Part shown: positions 10,030 to 20,066 of the stretch, piece after piece | Layout of the letters: each line of letters begins with the position of its first letter | Position numbering within the stretch: the first letter of the stretch is position 1 | NCBI GenBank assembly: GCA_947258875.1 | Contig: CAMYKB010000001.1 | Span: 52,081-116,080 of the forward strand | DNA length: 64,000 bases | Source of the DNA: an uncultured Gammaproteobacteria bacterium | Lineage (GTDB): Bacteria > Pseudomonadota > Gammaproteobacteria > CAMYKB01 | Direction: 5' to 3' | The notes under the pieces: generated by a model | Told to the model about the DNA's origin: nothing | Seen by the model: the letters and a program-made list of their open reading frames with translations, nothing else | Databases searched by the model: none | Translations under genes and position numbers: made by a program

Positions 10030-11244
10030 ATGTTGAACTGGGACGACCCACTTGCAGATATCACAAACAAGGCATCCGAGAATGCTGCGCCAAATTTAGC
10101 CGCCGAACTGGATGGCGACATTGAAGAGACCATTGTGTACTCGGCAGAATCGTTGCCCATGATGTCACCCACAGAGATAGTTGAGGACACCGGTGCTACC
10201 GGCCTGGAACGTATCGAGATGGGTGCCGCCCGCATCGAAGTAGATGACAAAAAGATCATTAACTGCCGCGCCGACCTCAACCAGCTGGTACCGTTTAAAT
10301 ATCAGTGGGCGTGGCAGAAATACCTGGATGGCTGCGCCAACCACTGGATGCCGCAGGAGGTCAATATGACCGCCGACATCGCGCTATGGAAAGACCCCAA
10401 CGGCCTCACCGAGGACGAGCGCACCGTAGTCAAACGCAACCTCGGCTTCTTCTCCACCGCCGATTCATTGGTGGCAAATAATCTGGTGCTGGCAGTGTAC
10501 AAACACATCACCAACCCGGAGTGCCGTCAATATCTGCTGCGCCAGGCCTTCGAGGAAGCGCTGCACACCCATGCATATCAATACTGCGTCGAGTCGTTAG
10601 GGTTGGATGAAGGTGAAATCTTCAACATGTACCGTGAACTGCCCGCGGTAGCGCGTAAGGCGGAATGGGCTCTCCCCTTTACCCAGCATTTGTCTGACCC
10701 CAACTTCCATACCGGCACCCCTGAAAACGATCAGAAATTGTTGCGCGAATTGATCGCTTTTTATGTGATCTTCGAAGGCATCTTCTTCTATGTCGGCTTC
10801 GTACAAATCCTCTCCATGGGACGCCGTAACAAGCTGACCGGTGTCGCCGAGCAGTTCCAGTACATCATGCGTGATGAGTCTATGCATATGAACTTCGGCA
10901 TCGACGTCATCAACCAGATCAAGCTGGAGAATCCACACCTGTGGACGGAAACCTTCAAGCAGGAAATGGTGCAGATGATCCGCGACGCAGTCGATCTTGA
11001 AACCCAGTACGCCTTCGACACCATGCCAAACGGCATACTTGGACTGAATGCACCCATGTTCGAGGAATACCTGCAATTCATCGCCAACCGCCGCTGCGCA
11101 CAGATCGGTCTGCCCGAGCAGTATGCTGGCGTGAACAACCCCTTCCCATGGATGTCGGAAGTGCTTGATCTCAAGAAAGAGAAGAATTTCTTCGAAACAC
11201 GCGTCACCGAGTATCAAACCGGTGGCGCCCTAAGTTGGGACTAA
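10030..11244 (+). CDS. nrdB: Class Ia ribonucleotide reductase beta subunit
   Basis: FFSTAD (Asp ligand), EEALHTHAY (radical Tyr retained), FEGIFFY, RDESMH, NFFETRV. Confidence 0.97.
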   Translation: MLNWDDPLADITNKASENAAPNLAAELDGDIEETIVYSAESLPMMSPTEIVEDTGATGLERIEMGAARIEVDDKKIINCRADLNQLVPFKYQWAWQKYLDGCANHWMPQEVNMTADIALWKDPNGLTEDERTVVKRNLGFFSTADSLVANNLVLAVYKHITNPECRQYLLRQAFEEALHTHAYQYCVESLGLDEGEIFNMYRELPAVARKAEWALPFTQHLSDPNFHTGTPENDQKLLRELIAFYVIFEGIFFYVGFVQILSMGRRNKLTGVAEQFQYIMRDESMHMNFGIDVINQIKLENPHLWTETFKQEMVQMIRDAVDLETQYAFDTMPNGILGLNAPMFEEYLQFIANRRCAQIGLPEQYAGVNNPFPWMSEVLDLKKEKNFFETRVTEYQTGGALSWD

Positions 11245-11296
11245 TTGGCCGGGATTTAACTCATTACTTCAATCAGTATCGGGGAGGAAACGGGAA

Positions 11297-11494
11297 ATGC
11301 ATTGCAACCATTGCAAGTCAATCATGGATGAAGTTCGCAAACAAGAAAGCGAATTGAGTGTACAGGTTTGGCACAAATGCACCATGTGCGGACGGATTTC
11401 GATGTCGTCGGTGCTAACGCATCACCATGCAGAGAACGCTAATTCATCACCTGACTGGGCGGCCTACCCATTGGCCGCCCAACTTGAAGCCTGA
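11297..11494 (+). CDS. Small putative zinc-ribbon protein
   Basis: CNHC...CTMC pairs, strong GGGGAGG RBS, followed by a terminator. Confidence 0.6.
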   Translation: MHCNHCKSIMDEVRKQESELSVQVWHKCTMCGRISMSSVLTHHHAENANSSPDWAAYPLAAQLEA

Positions 11495-11541
11495 AGCGGG
11501 GACCGTGCAATAAAAATAACTAGTGGGAGGGGGTAAGATTT

Positions 11542-11565
11542 GGGCGGCCTTATGGCCGCCCTTTT
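11542..11565 (+). terminator. Intrinsic terminator
   Basis: GGGCGGCC-TTAT-GGCCGCCC-TTTT. Confidence 0.8.
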
Positions 11566-11641
11566 GTTGGTGTGACGATAGCCAGCCCATATCTGTAAAG
11601 AGTAAACTCATTCCTACAGTCACAACAAAAGCCATCACAGC

Positions 11642-12244
11642 ATGAAACTCTTCTACAGCAAGACCTCACCCTATGTCCGTCGCGTACGGGTTGCCGCCAT
11701 TGAACTGGGGCTGGCCGAGCAACTCGAGCTGATCGAGGTTAACCCGCATGAAAGCCCGGACGAGCTACTGGCGGCGAATCCACTGTCGAAGATCCCGGCA
11801 CTGCAATTGGAAAATGGCCAGACTCTATGTGGCAGCGCACTAATTATCGATTATCTCGACAGCATCACCAGCGAGCCCAGCCTGATGCCTGCTGGTAACA
11901 GCAGGTGGGAGGTTCTTGGGCTTGTAGAAATTGCCGAGGGCATCATCGATGCGGCAGTATTATTGTTCATGGAGTACCGCAAGCCGGCACAGCGCCAGCA
12001 TCAGCCCTGGATTGAGCTGCAACGCAACACAATCCTGCGTGCGCTGGATACACTGGAAAACGAGCACAGCGTACTCGATGCATCGAAACCGGGTATGTAC
12101 GACATCACCTTGGGCTGTGCGCTGGCGTACCTGGATTTTCGTCATACTGACTTACAATGGCGTGCAGGCCATGTCGGCCTGGCAACATGGTATGAGCTTA
12201 TGGCACAACGGCCCGCTATGCAGATTACCCGGCCTCCTGAGTAA
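11642..12244 (+). CDS. Glutathione S-transferase family protein
   Basis: SPYVRRVR, NPLSKIPAL and ALAYLDFR motifs. Confidence 0.92.
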   Translation: MKLFYSKTSPYVRRVRVAAIELGLAEQLELIEVNPHESPDELLAANPLSKIPALQLENGQTLCGSALIIDYLDSITSEPSLMPAGNSRWEVLGLVEIAEGIIDAAVLLFMEYRKPAQRQHQPWIELQRNTILRALDTLENEHSVLDASKPGMYDITLGCALAYLDFRHTDLQWRAGHVGLATWYELMAQRPAMQITRPPE

Positions 12245-12247
12245 GGA

Positions 12248-12829
12248 TTAGTTGGTCGGCAGTATCAGCGTGGCCGTATCACCCAGGGCAGCACGTATGT
12301 CGCGGATACTGGGTGGCTCGGCAAGATAGGGATCATCCAATCCACCCCCGCAGATCAGGGCACGCACATTGGGCTGGCTCACAGAATACAAACCAAGTCT
12401 GACGAGTTTCATATCCGGATCGGCAGCATGGCCAAACCCAATACCGACGCCCACACCGGCAAGTCTTAGCGGCATCCGATGAGCGAAAGGATAATCTTCA
12501 TACTGGACACGGTTGATCACAAACTCGTCGGCCTTGACCGTCTGCGCCGTTTCCAGAACATCATTTACCTCCAGCTCGCAGTGGGGAAGGTATTCATTGT
12601 AGCCGTAGGCCGAATACTGGCCGTCCTGAAAATGCACACGCGCGTAACCGGCGGGTATCTCGATAGCCCGATGAAGCCGCAGCAGCGACTGCTCGGGCGG
12701 CAGGTAATAGGGGGAAAATTCGTCACGCTGAGCAGGCGCAAGGCAGCCACTTGCAAGCAACGACAATATCACCACTAACCCGGTAGCAACGGAACAGTAA
12801 CATCGATGATTCCTGCGTATGTCATTCAT
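12248..12829 (-). CDS. Hypothetical lipoprotein
   Basis: Likely start MNDIRR, hydrophobic stretch and lipobox LASGC. The longer ORF start runs through hairpins. Confidence 0.65.
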   Translation of the reverse strand: MNDIRRNHRCYCSVATGLVVILSLLASGCLAPAQRDEFSPYYLPPEQSLLRLHRAIEIPAGYARVHFQDGQYSAYGYNEYLPHCELEVNDVLETAQTVKADEFVINRVQYEDYPFAHRMPLRLAGVGVGIGFGHAADPDMKLVRLGLYSVSQPNVRALICGGGLDDPYLAEPPSIRDIRAALGDTATLILPTN

Positions 12830-12988
12830 GGGCCACCCATACTGTTCGCTATCAAGATGCACATCATTAGATACGGTCTGCGGCACATAATTCCCGTACC
12901 ATGAAACGACAAGCCTGTGGATAAATGCTTCGCGAAAGCGATGCTGGTGACCCGGTTCACGGGTCACCAGCATTTTATAGACAGACAA

Positions 12989-13015
12989 TAAAAACCCCAT
13001 CCAGTAGATGGGGTC
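12989..13015 (-). terminator. Intrinsic terminator of the PEP-CTERM gene
   Basis: Minus strand GACCCCATC-tactg-GATGGGGT-TTTT. Confidence 0.7.
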
Positions 13016-13090
13016 AGTTCCATTTATTATTTTTTAGTTATGATTTGCTTTTTATCTATTGCTCAACAGAGTGTCTACATTAATCTGGTA

Positions 13091-13392
13091 TTAAACGTCC
13101 TTTCTGCGGAGGCGCACCAGGCCCAGCAACAGCAGACCGGTACCGAATAAAGCGATCACTCCAGGTTCCGGCACCTCGGTGTCGTCACAACAATCGGTGC
13201 GCGCATCGTGTGAGAACGGTGCAAACTCACCGACCGTACCCGTATCATTCGGATCGACCGTAAACAGGTCAAAATGAAGGTTATAGCCTGCATCCAGTCC
13301 CGAAATATCGAAGTCGAAGGAGACATAGTACATACCCGTACCTGATTGCGGACCTATGCCTGCACCATCCTGGACGTTGTATATGCATCTCC
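13091..13392 (-). pseudogene. 5'-deleted PEP-CTERM protein (C-terminus resembles choice-of-anchor N type)
   Basis: LHFDLF...FAPFSHDA...VPEPGVIALFGTGLLLLGLVRLRRK. No signal peptide, and the ATGs next to the RBS are out of frame. Confidence 0.75.
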
Positions 13393-13458
13393 ATTACTAT
13401 AGGCAGAGTCCTGTTTTTCCTTACATCTGCACGTTAAATTTCGCTTTGCGTGAATTAA

Positions 13459-13645
13459 TACAAGAACCGGGCCATATTATTAAGACATTGATTAATATCA
13501 ATATTATGCAATAGCTCTTACTCTCAGCTGGCAACGAGTGTAAATATCACCGACGCATTGTATCTGCACATAATCAGCTCATATTTCTTAAGCTATTGAT
13601 CTGTTTAACAATAACAGGTGATGAGCTTTGTAAATTTTATCGACA
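13459..13645 (-). promoter_or_regulatory. sigma54 promoter, IHF site and two PEP-CTERM (PrsR-type) enhancer boxes
   Basis: Minus strand TGGCCCGGTTCTTGT (13460-13474) and AATCAATGTCTTA (13481-13493). Plus strand TGTAAA-N6-CCGAC (13539) and TGTAAA-N6-CGACA (13629). Confidence 0.7.
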
Positions 13646-13716
13646 CCCCGCCCCGCGACCACCTCAACACAGCCTACACGCCATAGCAATCACCCAGGCT
13701 CGCGTATACTTGCGCA

Positions 13717-14340
13717 ATGAAAAAGCCGCGTCTAGAAGTGAATGTCTTCATCGACTACATCTGCCCCTTCTGCTACATCGGCAGTGAACGTTTGTTGCGC
13801 CTCAAGGACGACTATGACCTAAAAGTGGCTTGGTGGCTGGTCGAGATCCATCCACAGACACCGCCCGAGGGCATGCCTTTGGAGCAACTCGGTTACCCTG
13901 CTGAACAATGGCGCCGCATGATGCAATCACTCTACGAAATGGCCGCCACCGATGGCTTGCCATTGGCCGAACGTCAGTTTACGACCAATTCCCACAAAGC
14001 GCTGCTACTGTCCGAGGCGGCCAAAGGGCAAGATCCTGACACCTCCTACGCCCTGCACCAGCGCCTGTTCACCGCCTTTTTTGCCGAGCGCCTCAATATT
14101 GGCGACCCCGCAATACTACAGAAGATCGCCGTTGACTGCGGACTGCCTGCGAACTTCGCCGAACAGGCCTGGCAAGACCCCGAAAACGAACAAAAACTGA
14201 TACGCTACCAGCAGATCGCCGATAAATACCGCATCCAGGGTGTGCCCACCTATATCTTTGGCCACCGCGTAGTGTATGGTGCCTCGGCATTTGACGAATT
14301 AAAGGCAGCTGCCGCAAACGCAGCTGCAGAATATATTTAA
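13717..14340 (+). CDS. DsbA-family (FrnE-like) dithiol-disulfide oxidoreductase
   Basis: DYICPFCYIG and IQGVPTYIF motifs. Confidence 0.9.
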   Translation: MKKPRLEVNVFIDYICPFCYIGSERLLRLKDDYDLKVAWWLVEIHPQTPPEGMPLEQLGYPAEQWRRMMQSLYEMAATDGLPLAERQFTTNSHKALLLSEAAKGQDPDTSYALHQRLFTAFFAERLNIGDPAILQKIAVDCGLPANFAEQAWQDPENEQKLIRYQQIADKYRIQGVPTYIFGHRVVYGASAFDELKAAAANAAAEYI

Positions 14341-14359
14341 CTGACAGCACGGCCCATAC

Positions 14360-14761
14360 ATGTTCAATAAAAAACGCAGCCTGTTGCTTTTGATATCGTT
14401 ACTTGTCACGTTCGTGGTAATGCGTATCAGCTTGCACCTGTCACCCAGCAGCAACTTCAATGTTGGCGCCTACAATATTCATCATCTGTTTACTGGTGTA
14501 CTGCTCATGCTGCTTGCGGGGTTACCGCTGATATTATTTGACGGTAACGGACCTAAACTTGATTTCTCCACACTGGTATTTGGTGCAGGACTGGGTATGA
14601 CCCTGGATGAGTGGGTCTATCTGATTACCACCGATGGCAGCGACGCCGCTTATCTATTACCCCTCTCCCTATGGGGAGCTATCGTGATGATTACACTCGC
14701 AGTACTCTACGTGCTATTGCTGTATACCATTGGCAAGCACAGCCGTACAAATCGACAATGA
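14360..14761 (+). CDS. Hypothetical 4-TM membrane protein
   Basis: Four hydrophobic segments with IHHLFTG and GMTLDE motifs. Confidence 0.75.
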   Translation: MFNKKRSLLLLISLLVTFVVMRISLHLSPSSNFNVGAYNIHHLFTGVLLMLLAGLPLILFDGNGPKLDFSTLVFGAGLGMTLDEWVYLITTDGSDAAYLLPLSLWGAIVMITLAVLYVLLLYTIGKHSRTNRQ

Positions 14762-14806
14762 CGCGTTTTTAATGCACTTATTCACTCAACTGATACTGAG
14801 GTGTTA

Positions 14807-15520
14807 ATGTTTGATTTTTCCGACAAGGTGGCACTGGTAACCGGCGCCGCGGGTAACCTGGGGCAGACCACGGCCGAGATGTTTCATGCGAGAGGCGCAA
14901 AACTGGCACTGGTTGACCTGTCAGGAGACCGTCTCAATAGCATTTATGCAAAATGGACCGGCTCGAAAGATGTGTTACTGCTATCCGCCGACCTGACCGA
15001 TGCCACATCAGTTCAGGCCATGGCCGATCAGGCCGCTGCGCATTTCAGCCACATCGATATCCTCGCCAATATAGCCGGTGGTTTTACCATGGGGCCGCCC
15101 CTGCATGAGACGCCGGTGAAAGACTGGGACTTCATGATTAACCTGAATGCCCGAACCGTGTTTCTCACGTGCCGGGCCATCATCCCAACCATGCTGGCGC
15201 AAGCAGGCGGACGCATCATTAACGTCTCAGCGCGTGCCGCCACTGTCGGCAAGGGCAAAATGGGGCCCTACTGTGCTTCCAAAGCCGCTGTTATCACCCT
15301 CACGGAAAGCCTCGCAGCTGAACACAAACTCAACGGCATTAATATCAACTGCATTCTGCCCGGCACGATTGACACACCACAAAATCGTGCTGATATGCCG
15401 GATGCTGATTACGACACCTGGGTCCCGACAGCCGACCTCGCTGATGTCATCCTGTTTCTGGCATCCGATGCTGCACGTGCAGTAACAGGCGCCGCATTAC
15501 CCGTATATGGAAAAAGTTAA
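14807..15520 (+). CDS. Short-chain dehydrogenase/reductase
   Basis: TGAAGNLG, YCASK and PGTIDTP motifs. Confidence 0.93.
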   Translation: MFDFSDKVALVTGAAGNLGQTTAEMFHARGAKLALVDLSGDRLNSIYAKWTGSKDVLLLSADLTDATSVQAMADQAAAHFSHIDILANIAGGFTMGPPLHETPVKDWDFMINLNARTVFLTCRAIIPTMLAQAGGRIINVSARAATVGKGKMGPYCASKAAVITLTESLAAEHKLNGININCILPGTIDTPQNRADMPDADYDTWVPTADLADVILFLASDAARAVTGAALPVYGKS

Positions 15521-15732
15521 ACCTGCCCAGAAACCCTGACACCCGGCTTGCCCTGGAAAACCCAGATGTGACGCAGTTCAAGCAGTCACTGTCGACAGAG
15601 CAGACAAATAATGTAAGAAATTGTCACATCCTGCAGCATGCAGCAAATCCACTGGTAAGATGTGCTAATCTCGAAATACGGTTGCGGTGATAAACCACCA
15701 GGCAACTTAACAATACCAAGCTGGAGGACACT

Positions 15733-16164
15733 ATGGGTTTGTTTGATTTTGCGAAAGACTTGGGTAAAAAACTTTTCAGCGGCGACGATGATCCTGCCGA
15801 AAAGATCAAGGATCATATCGAGTCCGCCAACCCGGGCATCAAGGATCTGTCGGTAAAATATGATGATGGCAAGGTCGCATTGTCGGGCAAGGCGGAATCG
15901 CAAGAGGCCATGGAGAAGGCGGTTCTAATGGCGGGTAATGTCAAAGGCGTCACTGACGTGACAGCCGACGGCATGGAATACCCACCCGAAGAAAAGAAAG
16001 TCGAGTACTATACGATCGTAAAAGGGGACACCTTATCCGGCATCGCCAAAAAATTCCTCGGCAATGCAATGGACTATCCGAAAATATTTGAAGCCAATCG
16101 CGAGGTCATCAAGGATCCTGATCTGATCTACGTAGGCCAGAAGATTCGTATTCCTCTCGATTGA
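15733..16164 (+). CDS. kbp: BON-LysM protein (Kbp/YgaU family)
   Basis: MGLFDFAKDLGKKLF N-terminus, BON domain, LysM YTIVKGDTLSGIAK...IYVGQKIRIP. Confidence 0.9.
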   Translation: MGLFDFAKDLGKKLFSGDDDPAEKIKDHIESANPGIKDLSVKYDDGKVALSGKAESQEAMEKAVLMAGNVKGVTDVTADGMEYPPEEKKVEYYTIVKGDTLSGIAKKFLGNAMDYPKIFEANREVIKDPDLIYVGQKIRIPLD

Positions 16165-16181
16165 ATCCGTATCATCATGTT

Positions 16182-16218
16182 CATAAAAAATGCCAGGAAT
16201 CTCCTGGCATTTTTTATG
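16182..16218. terminator. Bidirectional terminator
   Basis: CATAAAAAATGCCAGGA-atc-TCCTGGCATTTTTTATG between convergent genes. Confidence 0.88.
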
Positions 16219-16236
16219 TATCTTGTAATTTCTCAG

Positions 16237-16740
16237 TCATGCATTCGGCTTCACTGGCGCAGCGCCCTGCGTGAATGATTTAATGATGTCGTCTTCAATA
16301 TCGATTCGCTCCGCCAATACCTGCCCAAGCTGGTCTATATCTTCAGCCAGTTGTGCAACATTGGCCTGTGCATCGCCATCGTACTTATCATTAAAGGCGA
16401 CTATAGCCTCAGTGGTACGTGCCAGCGGACCGTAAAATTTCTCGGCGATATCTTTGATTTCCTGGCGGCGTTCGGTGCCGTCAATCACGCGCTCGAACAA
16501 TTCAAAGTGTCCAAGTGCTGCATAATCGATCAAATCCTGGCAAAAGTGTCTGAGACGCTCAGCGATCTGGCCCTTATCCTGCGATGAATCGATATCGGCA
16601 AACTCACGATAATCAACCAGAACCTGTTGCCGCTCCAGAGCCAACTCATCGAGCGTATGCTGAAGGCGTTGTCTACGGTCTTGACCAGCCATTTGCGCGG
16701 AAGCGCTTGAATCACTACCAGTACGACGCTGCGTGCTCAT
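16237..16740 (-). CDS. rsd: Rsd/AlgQ family anti-sigma70 factor
   Basis: ERQQVLVDY, FCQDLIDYAALGHF and LAERIDIED motifs. Confidence 0.85.
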   Translation of the reverse strand: MSTQRRTGSDSSASAQMAGQDRRQRLQHTLDELALERQQVLVDYREFADIDSSQDKGQIAERLRHFCQDLIDYAALGHFELFERVIDGTERRQEIKDIAEKFYGPLARTTEAIVAFNDKYDGDAQANVAQLAEDIDQLGQVLAERIDIEDDIIKSFTQGAAPVKPNA

Positions 16741-16874
16741 TTTAACCGACGACTCCTTGTGGATAAGGCCTGCAAGCAGGAACTATGTAGATTATTGTGC
16801 TACCGAAAAGGCCCTTATACAAGCCCGTTCATCAAGAGAAATGACCCGCATTGACCATAATCAATCAGTCTGCT

Positions 16875-17540
16875 TTAAAGTTCGCCCCAGCTACGGCGCT
16901 TGCGCCAGGGAATACGAGGAATTAACAGGCCAAACAACAGGCTGCCCAAACTGACACCCGCACCCACCATAAACCAGTCGCGCTTGACGTTTTCTTTTAA
17001 TACTATATTTTTTTGCACCAGCTTCTGGTTGGTATCACGCTCACTGTTGAGGCGTTCACGTAACTCATTGTTTTCCTCCGCAATCTGGATAGGTCGCGCG
17101 GCAGCAGTTCTCAGATCACCCAACGACTTATTTAAAGCGGCATTCTCTTTAAGCAATTGTTCGTTTTGTTTCTCCAGTTTTTGCTTGTAGCTGGCGAGCG
17201 CATCCAGTTCTTTTTGGATAGACAGTTTATCTTTCTGTAACGCCTCGTACTGCCCCTGTAGGGTTTGATAACGATCACGACCGCTGGGTATATCCATAAG
17301 GTAGCGGCTCAACATCCAGCCACTAACGCCATCTTGCAACTGTACACGGGAATAGCCGTCAGATGTTTCTTCAGTAACGGTAACGGCATCGCCACTGGAG
17401 ATCAGTTTCAGGATTTTGTTATTGGTACTTTTGCCAGTGCGCACAGGCACCTTGGTTTCATCAGTAACATATTTTGTGGTTTGCGCCGATACTGTAGTCA
17501 CTACAAACAACAGCACCAGGAACAGATATGATTTTCTCAC
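16875..17540 (-). CDS. SH3-domain protein, YgiM/HtrG type
   Basis: Signal peptide, SH3b (VRTGKS...GWM), coiled coil, WFMVGAGV TM segment and basic tail. Confidence 0.88.
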   Translation of the reverse strand: MRKSYLFLVLLFVVTTVSAQTTKYVTDETKVPVRTGKSTNNKILKLISSGDAVTVTEETSDGYSRVQLQDGVSGWMLSRYLMDIPSGRDRYQTLQGQYEALQKDKLSIQKELDALASYKQKLEKQNEQLLKENAALNKSLGDLRTAAARPIQIAEENNELRERLNSERDTNQKLVQKNIVLKENVKRDWFMVGAGVSLGSLLFGLLIPRIPWRKRRSWGEL

Positions 17541-17695
17541 TTGGACCCCTGAATCAGCTGAATCTTTGCGCCAGCCGGACGCACATACATTAGATATATC
17601 AATAATACCATTCTAGCGAGCGGAGTGTGCCGAATTAAAGAGAACCGCATCACAGCAGGTCGGCGTACACGGTATCGCGCAGTTAACCCCGGCTT

Positions 17696-19042
17696 CTAAC
17701 CAATGGGCAAGGACAACCAGACACGCGCCCCAGCCAGTTCACTCGATTGGCCAAGACGGATATCGCCCTCGTAAGCATCGACAATTTCCGCCACCACCGA
17801 AAGACCGATACCCTGCCCCTCCATGCAGCTATCAGCACGTATACCGCGCTTGAGTAATGCGTCTATTTTCTCAGATGGAAATCCGGGGCCATCATCCTCG
17901 ACCTCGATCTCGAGACGATGTTCGCTGAGTTTTGCCTTGAGCTGGACCTGGCAGTCACACCACTTGCTCGCATTATCCAGAAGGTTCCCGAGCAACTCCA
18001 TTATGTCACCCTCATCAGCCCGAACATTGATTTTTTCATCAATATCGCAATCAAAGTGGATCTGCTTATGTTTATAGACCTTGCCCAATGAACGCACTAT
18101 TTTATCCACCACGGGCCTTAATGGCTGCGGCTTGAGCAGTGCCTGACGTCCGGTAGTCGCGGCTTTTTTCAGCTGATAGTCGACGATTTGCTTCATGCGC
18201 CCGAGTTGCTCAAGCAGACGTCCCCGCGGCTCCCGGGGAATGGTATCGGAATCGCCCAACCCGCCCAGAACCGCCAAAGGTGTTTTCAGACTATGCGCCA
18301 GATCGTCGAGCGCATTGCGGTAACGCGTTTGATGTGCGCGCTCATTGCGCAACATCGCATTCAGGCCTTCAGTAAGCGGACGTAACTCGTCCTGGTATTC
18401 TCCGTCGATATGTTCCTTGTCACCTGCCTCGATAGTACCTACTTCTTCAGCCAGGCGGGCCAGCGGTGCCAGACCCCAGCGCAGCACCAGTAACTGCACG
18501 ATCAGCAGGACGATGCCCGAGGCCAGCAACCAGGCCAGCAGAGTGCCGCGAAACTTGTGCAACTGGCGGTTAAACCCGCCTGTTTCCTCAACCACCAGAA
18601 AGGTATAGCGGCGCTCCTGTCCGTCCTCGCCCGCCCAATTGACACCAAAGGTCATGGCAAACAGGACGTTGCCGAGTTGATCCAGTACCCGCGCGAAACG
18701 CCATTCGCCTACCGCGGGCAATTCGTTGAGGATAACCGAACGCATTAATGAAGGTGAACGCCAGGTCTCCTGGCCATCACTATCAAGAATTGCGGTATAA
18801 AGCCCCGAATCAGGTTGCCGGAAACGCGGCTCGGCGAGTTGCGCGGTCTCGATGATCAGATTTCCCTGCTCATCAACATCCGCCGCTCCAAGCACGCCAT
18901 ACACAAACCCCTGCAACTTATCCTGTTCGGCCTGTTCAGCTTGACGTTGCAATGCGCGGTCGAGCGCAAAACCGGTGAGACTCAAAAAAATGGCCAGCAC
19001 CAGCGACGCCACCAGCAGCAGTCTCGCCTTAAGTGAATTCAT
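17696..19042 (-). CDS. PhoQ-like sensor histidine kinase
   Basis: Two TM segments, DLAHSLKTPL H-box, GNLLDNA, DDGPG, GQGIGL. Confidence 0.92.
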   Translation of the reverse strand: MNSLKARLLLVASLVLAIFLSLTGFALDRALQRQAEQAEQDKLQGFVYGVLGAADVDEQGNLIIETAQLAEPRFRQPDSGLYTAILDSDGQETWRSPSLMRSVILNELPAVGEWRFARVLDQLGNVLFAMTFGVNWAGEDGQERRYTFLVVEETGGFNRQLHKFRGTLLAWLLASGIVLLIVQLLVLRWGLAPLARLAEEVGTIEAGDKEHIDGEYQDELRPLTEGLNAMLRNERAHQTRYRNALDDLAHSLKTPLAVLGGLGDSDTIPREPRGRLLEQLGRMKQIVDYQLKKAATTGRQALLKPQPLRPVVDKIVRSLGKVYKHKQIHFDCDIDEKINVRADEGDIMELLGNLLDNASKWCDCQVQLKAKLSEHRLEIEVEDDGPGFPSEKIDALLKRGIRADSCMEGQGIGLSVVAEIVDAYEGDIRLGQSSELAGARVWLSLPIG

Positions 19043-19725
19043 ACCGCGGAATGTCTTTGCAGTGTCAGGCGGTAACCTCGACCACGTAGTGTCTCAATAG
19101 GTTTCAGTGTTTCAGCAGGATCGAGCTTTTTGCGCAGACGGCGGATAAAAACCTCAATGACATTGCTGTCACGGTCATCGTCCTCTTCATAAATATGCTC
19201 GGTAAGCTCAGTTTTAGAGACAACATCCCCCGCGTGCATCATAAGGTATTCCAGCACTTTGTATTCATATGCCGTCAGGTCAACAACCTGCCCCTCTAAC
19301 TTCACCAATTGACTGGCTGTGTTCAGCACCACTGGACCACAGTACAATTCTGGTTGCGACCAGCCGCTGGAACGTCTTAACAATGCTCGCAACCGCGCCA
19401 GCAGCTCTTCGTTATGGAAAGGTTTTACCAGGTAATCATCAGCGCCCGCTTCAAGGCCCTCAACCTTGTCCTGCCAGCGGCCACGTGCCGTCAGGATCAG
19501 CACCGGGAAATCTCGCCCTGCTGCACGTGCCTCGCGTATCAAATCGATACCTGACATCACAGGCAAACCGAGATCGATCACAGCAACATCAATGGGGTAT
19601 TCTTTTACCAGGTGAAGTCCATCTTTACCATTGTCCGCACTATCTACCGCAAAGCCATGCTCGCGCAAATATTGGCACACCTGCTCGCGGATATCGTTAT
19701 CGTCTTCAACGACTAGTGCGCGCAT
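19039..19725 (-). CDS. PhoP-like OmpR-family response regulator
   Basis: DLGLP, LTARGRWQDKVEGLEAGADDY and IETLRGRGY motifs. Confidence 0.93.
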   Translation of the reverse strand: MRALVVEDDNDIREQVCQYLREHGFAVDSADNGKDGLHLVKEYPIDVAVIDLGLPVMSGIDLIREARAAGRDFPVLILTARGRWQDKVEGLEAGADDYLVKPFHNEELLARLRALLRRSSGWSQPELYCGPVVLNTASQLVKLEGQVVDLTAYEYKVLEYLMMHAGDVVSKTELTEHIYEEDDDRDSNVIEVFIRRLRKKLDPAETLKPIETLRGRGYRLTLQRHSAV

Positions 19726-19739
19726 GATTCTAAACCGGT

Positions 19740-20036
19740 TTATTTTTCAGCACTGATGCGAACAACCCGCACGTTACCCTCGGATAACAGCTTGACGCGA
19801 TAATACGCCGCACCTTCTTTACTGCGCTTGAGGTCGACCGACAACACCTTGCCACCGTAGCGCGCCTTGGCCTTGCGCGCCGCCTCCTGGGGCGAAACCG
19901 TGCTCGACTCCGCCGCCACACGCATCACAGCCACATTCCTGTAGGATTGTGTGTCAACCTGCGACCGCGCCTGAGCGGGTTGCAATAAACCGCTCAGGCC
20001 CAGCAAGGCAACAAATATGAAAATGAACTGTTTCAT
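19740..20036 (-). CDS. PepSY-domain secreted protein
   Basis: Signal peptide and VSPQEAARKAKARYGGKVLSV...YRVKLL. Typical position upstream of phoPQ-like pairs. Confidence 0.8.
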   Translation of the reverse strand: MKQFIFIFVALLGLSGLLQPAQARSQVDTQSYRNVAVMRVAAESSTVSPQEAARKAKARYGGKVLSVDLKRSKEGAAYYRVKLLSEGNVRVVRISAEK

Positions 20037-20066
20037 CGATTTCAGTCTAGTCCTAACTGTTCGTGT

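Noticed and set aside
10030-11244. Class Ic (Mn/Fe) ribonucleotide reductase
   Set aside because: The radical Tyr and the Asp ligand are retained, so it is class Ia.
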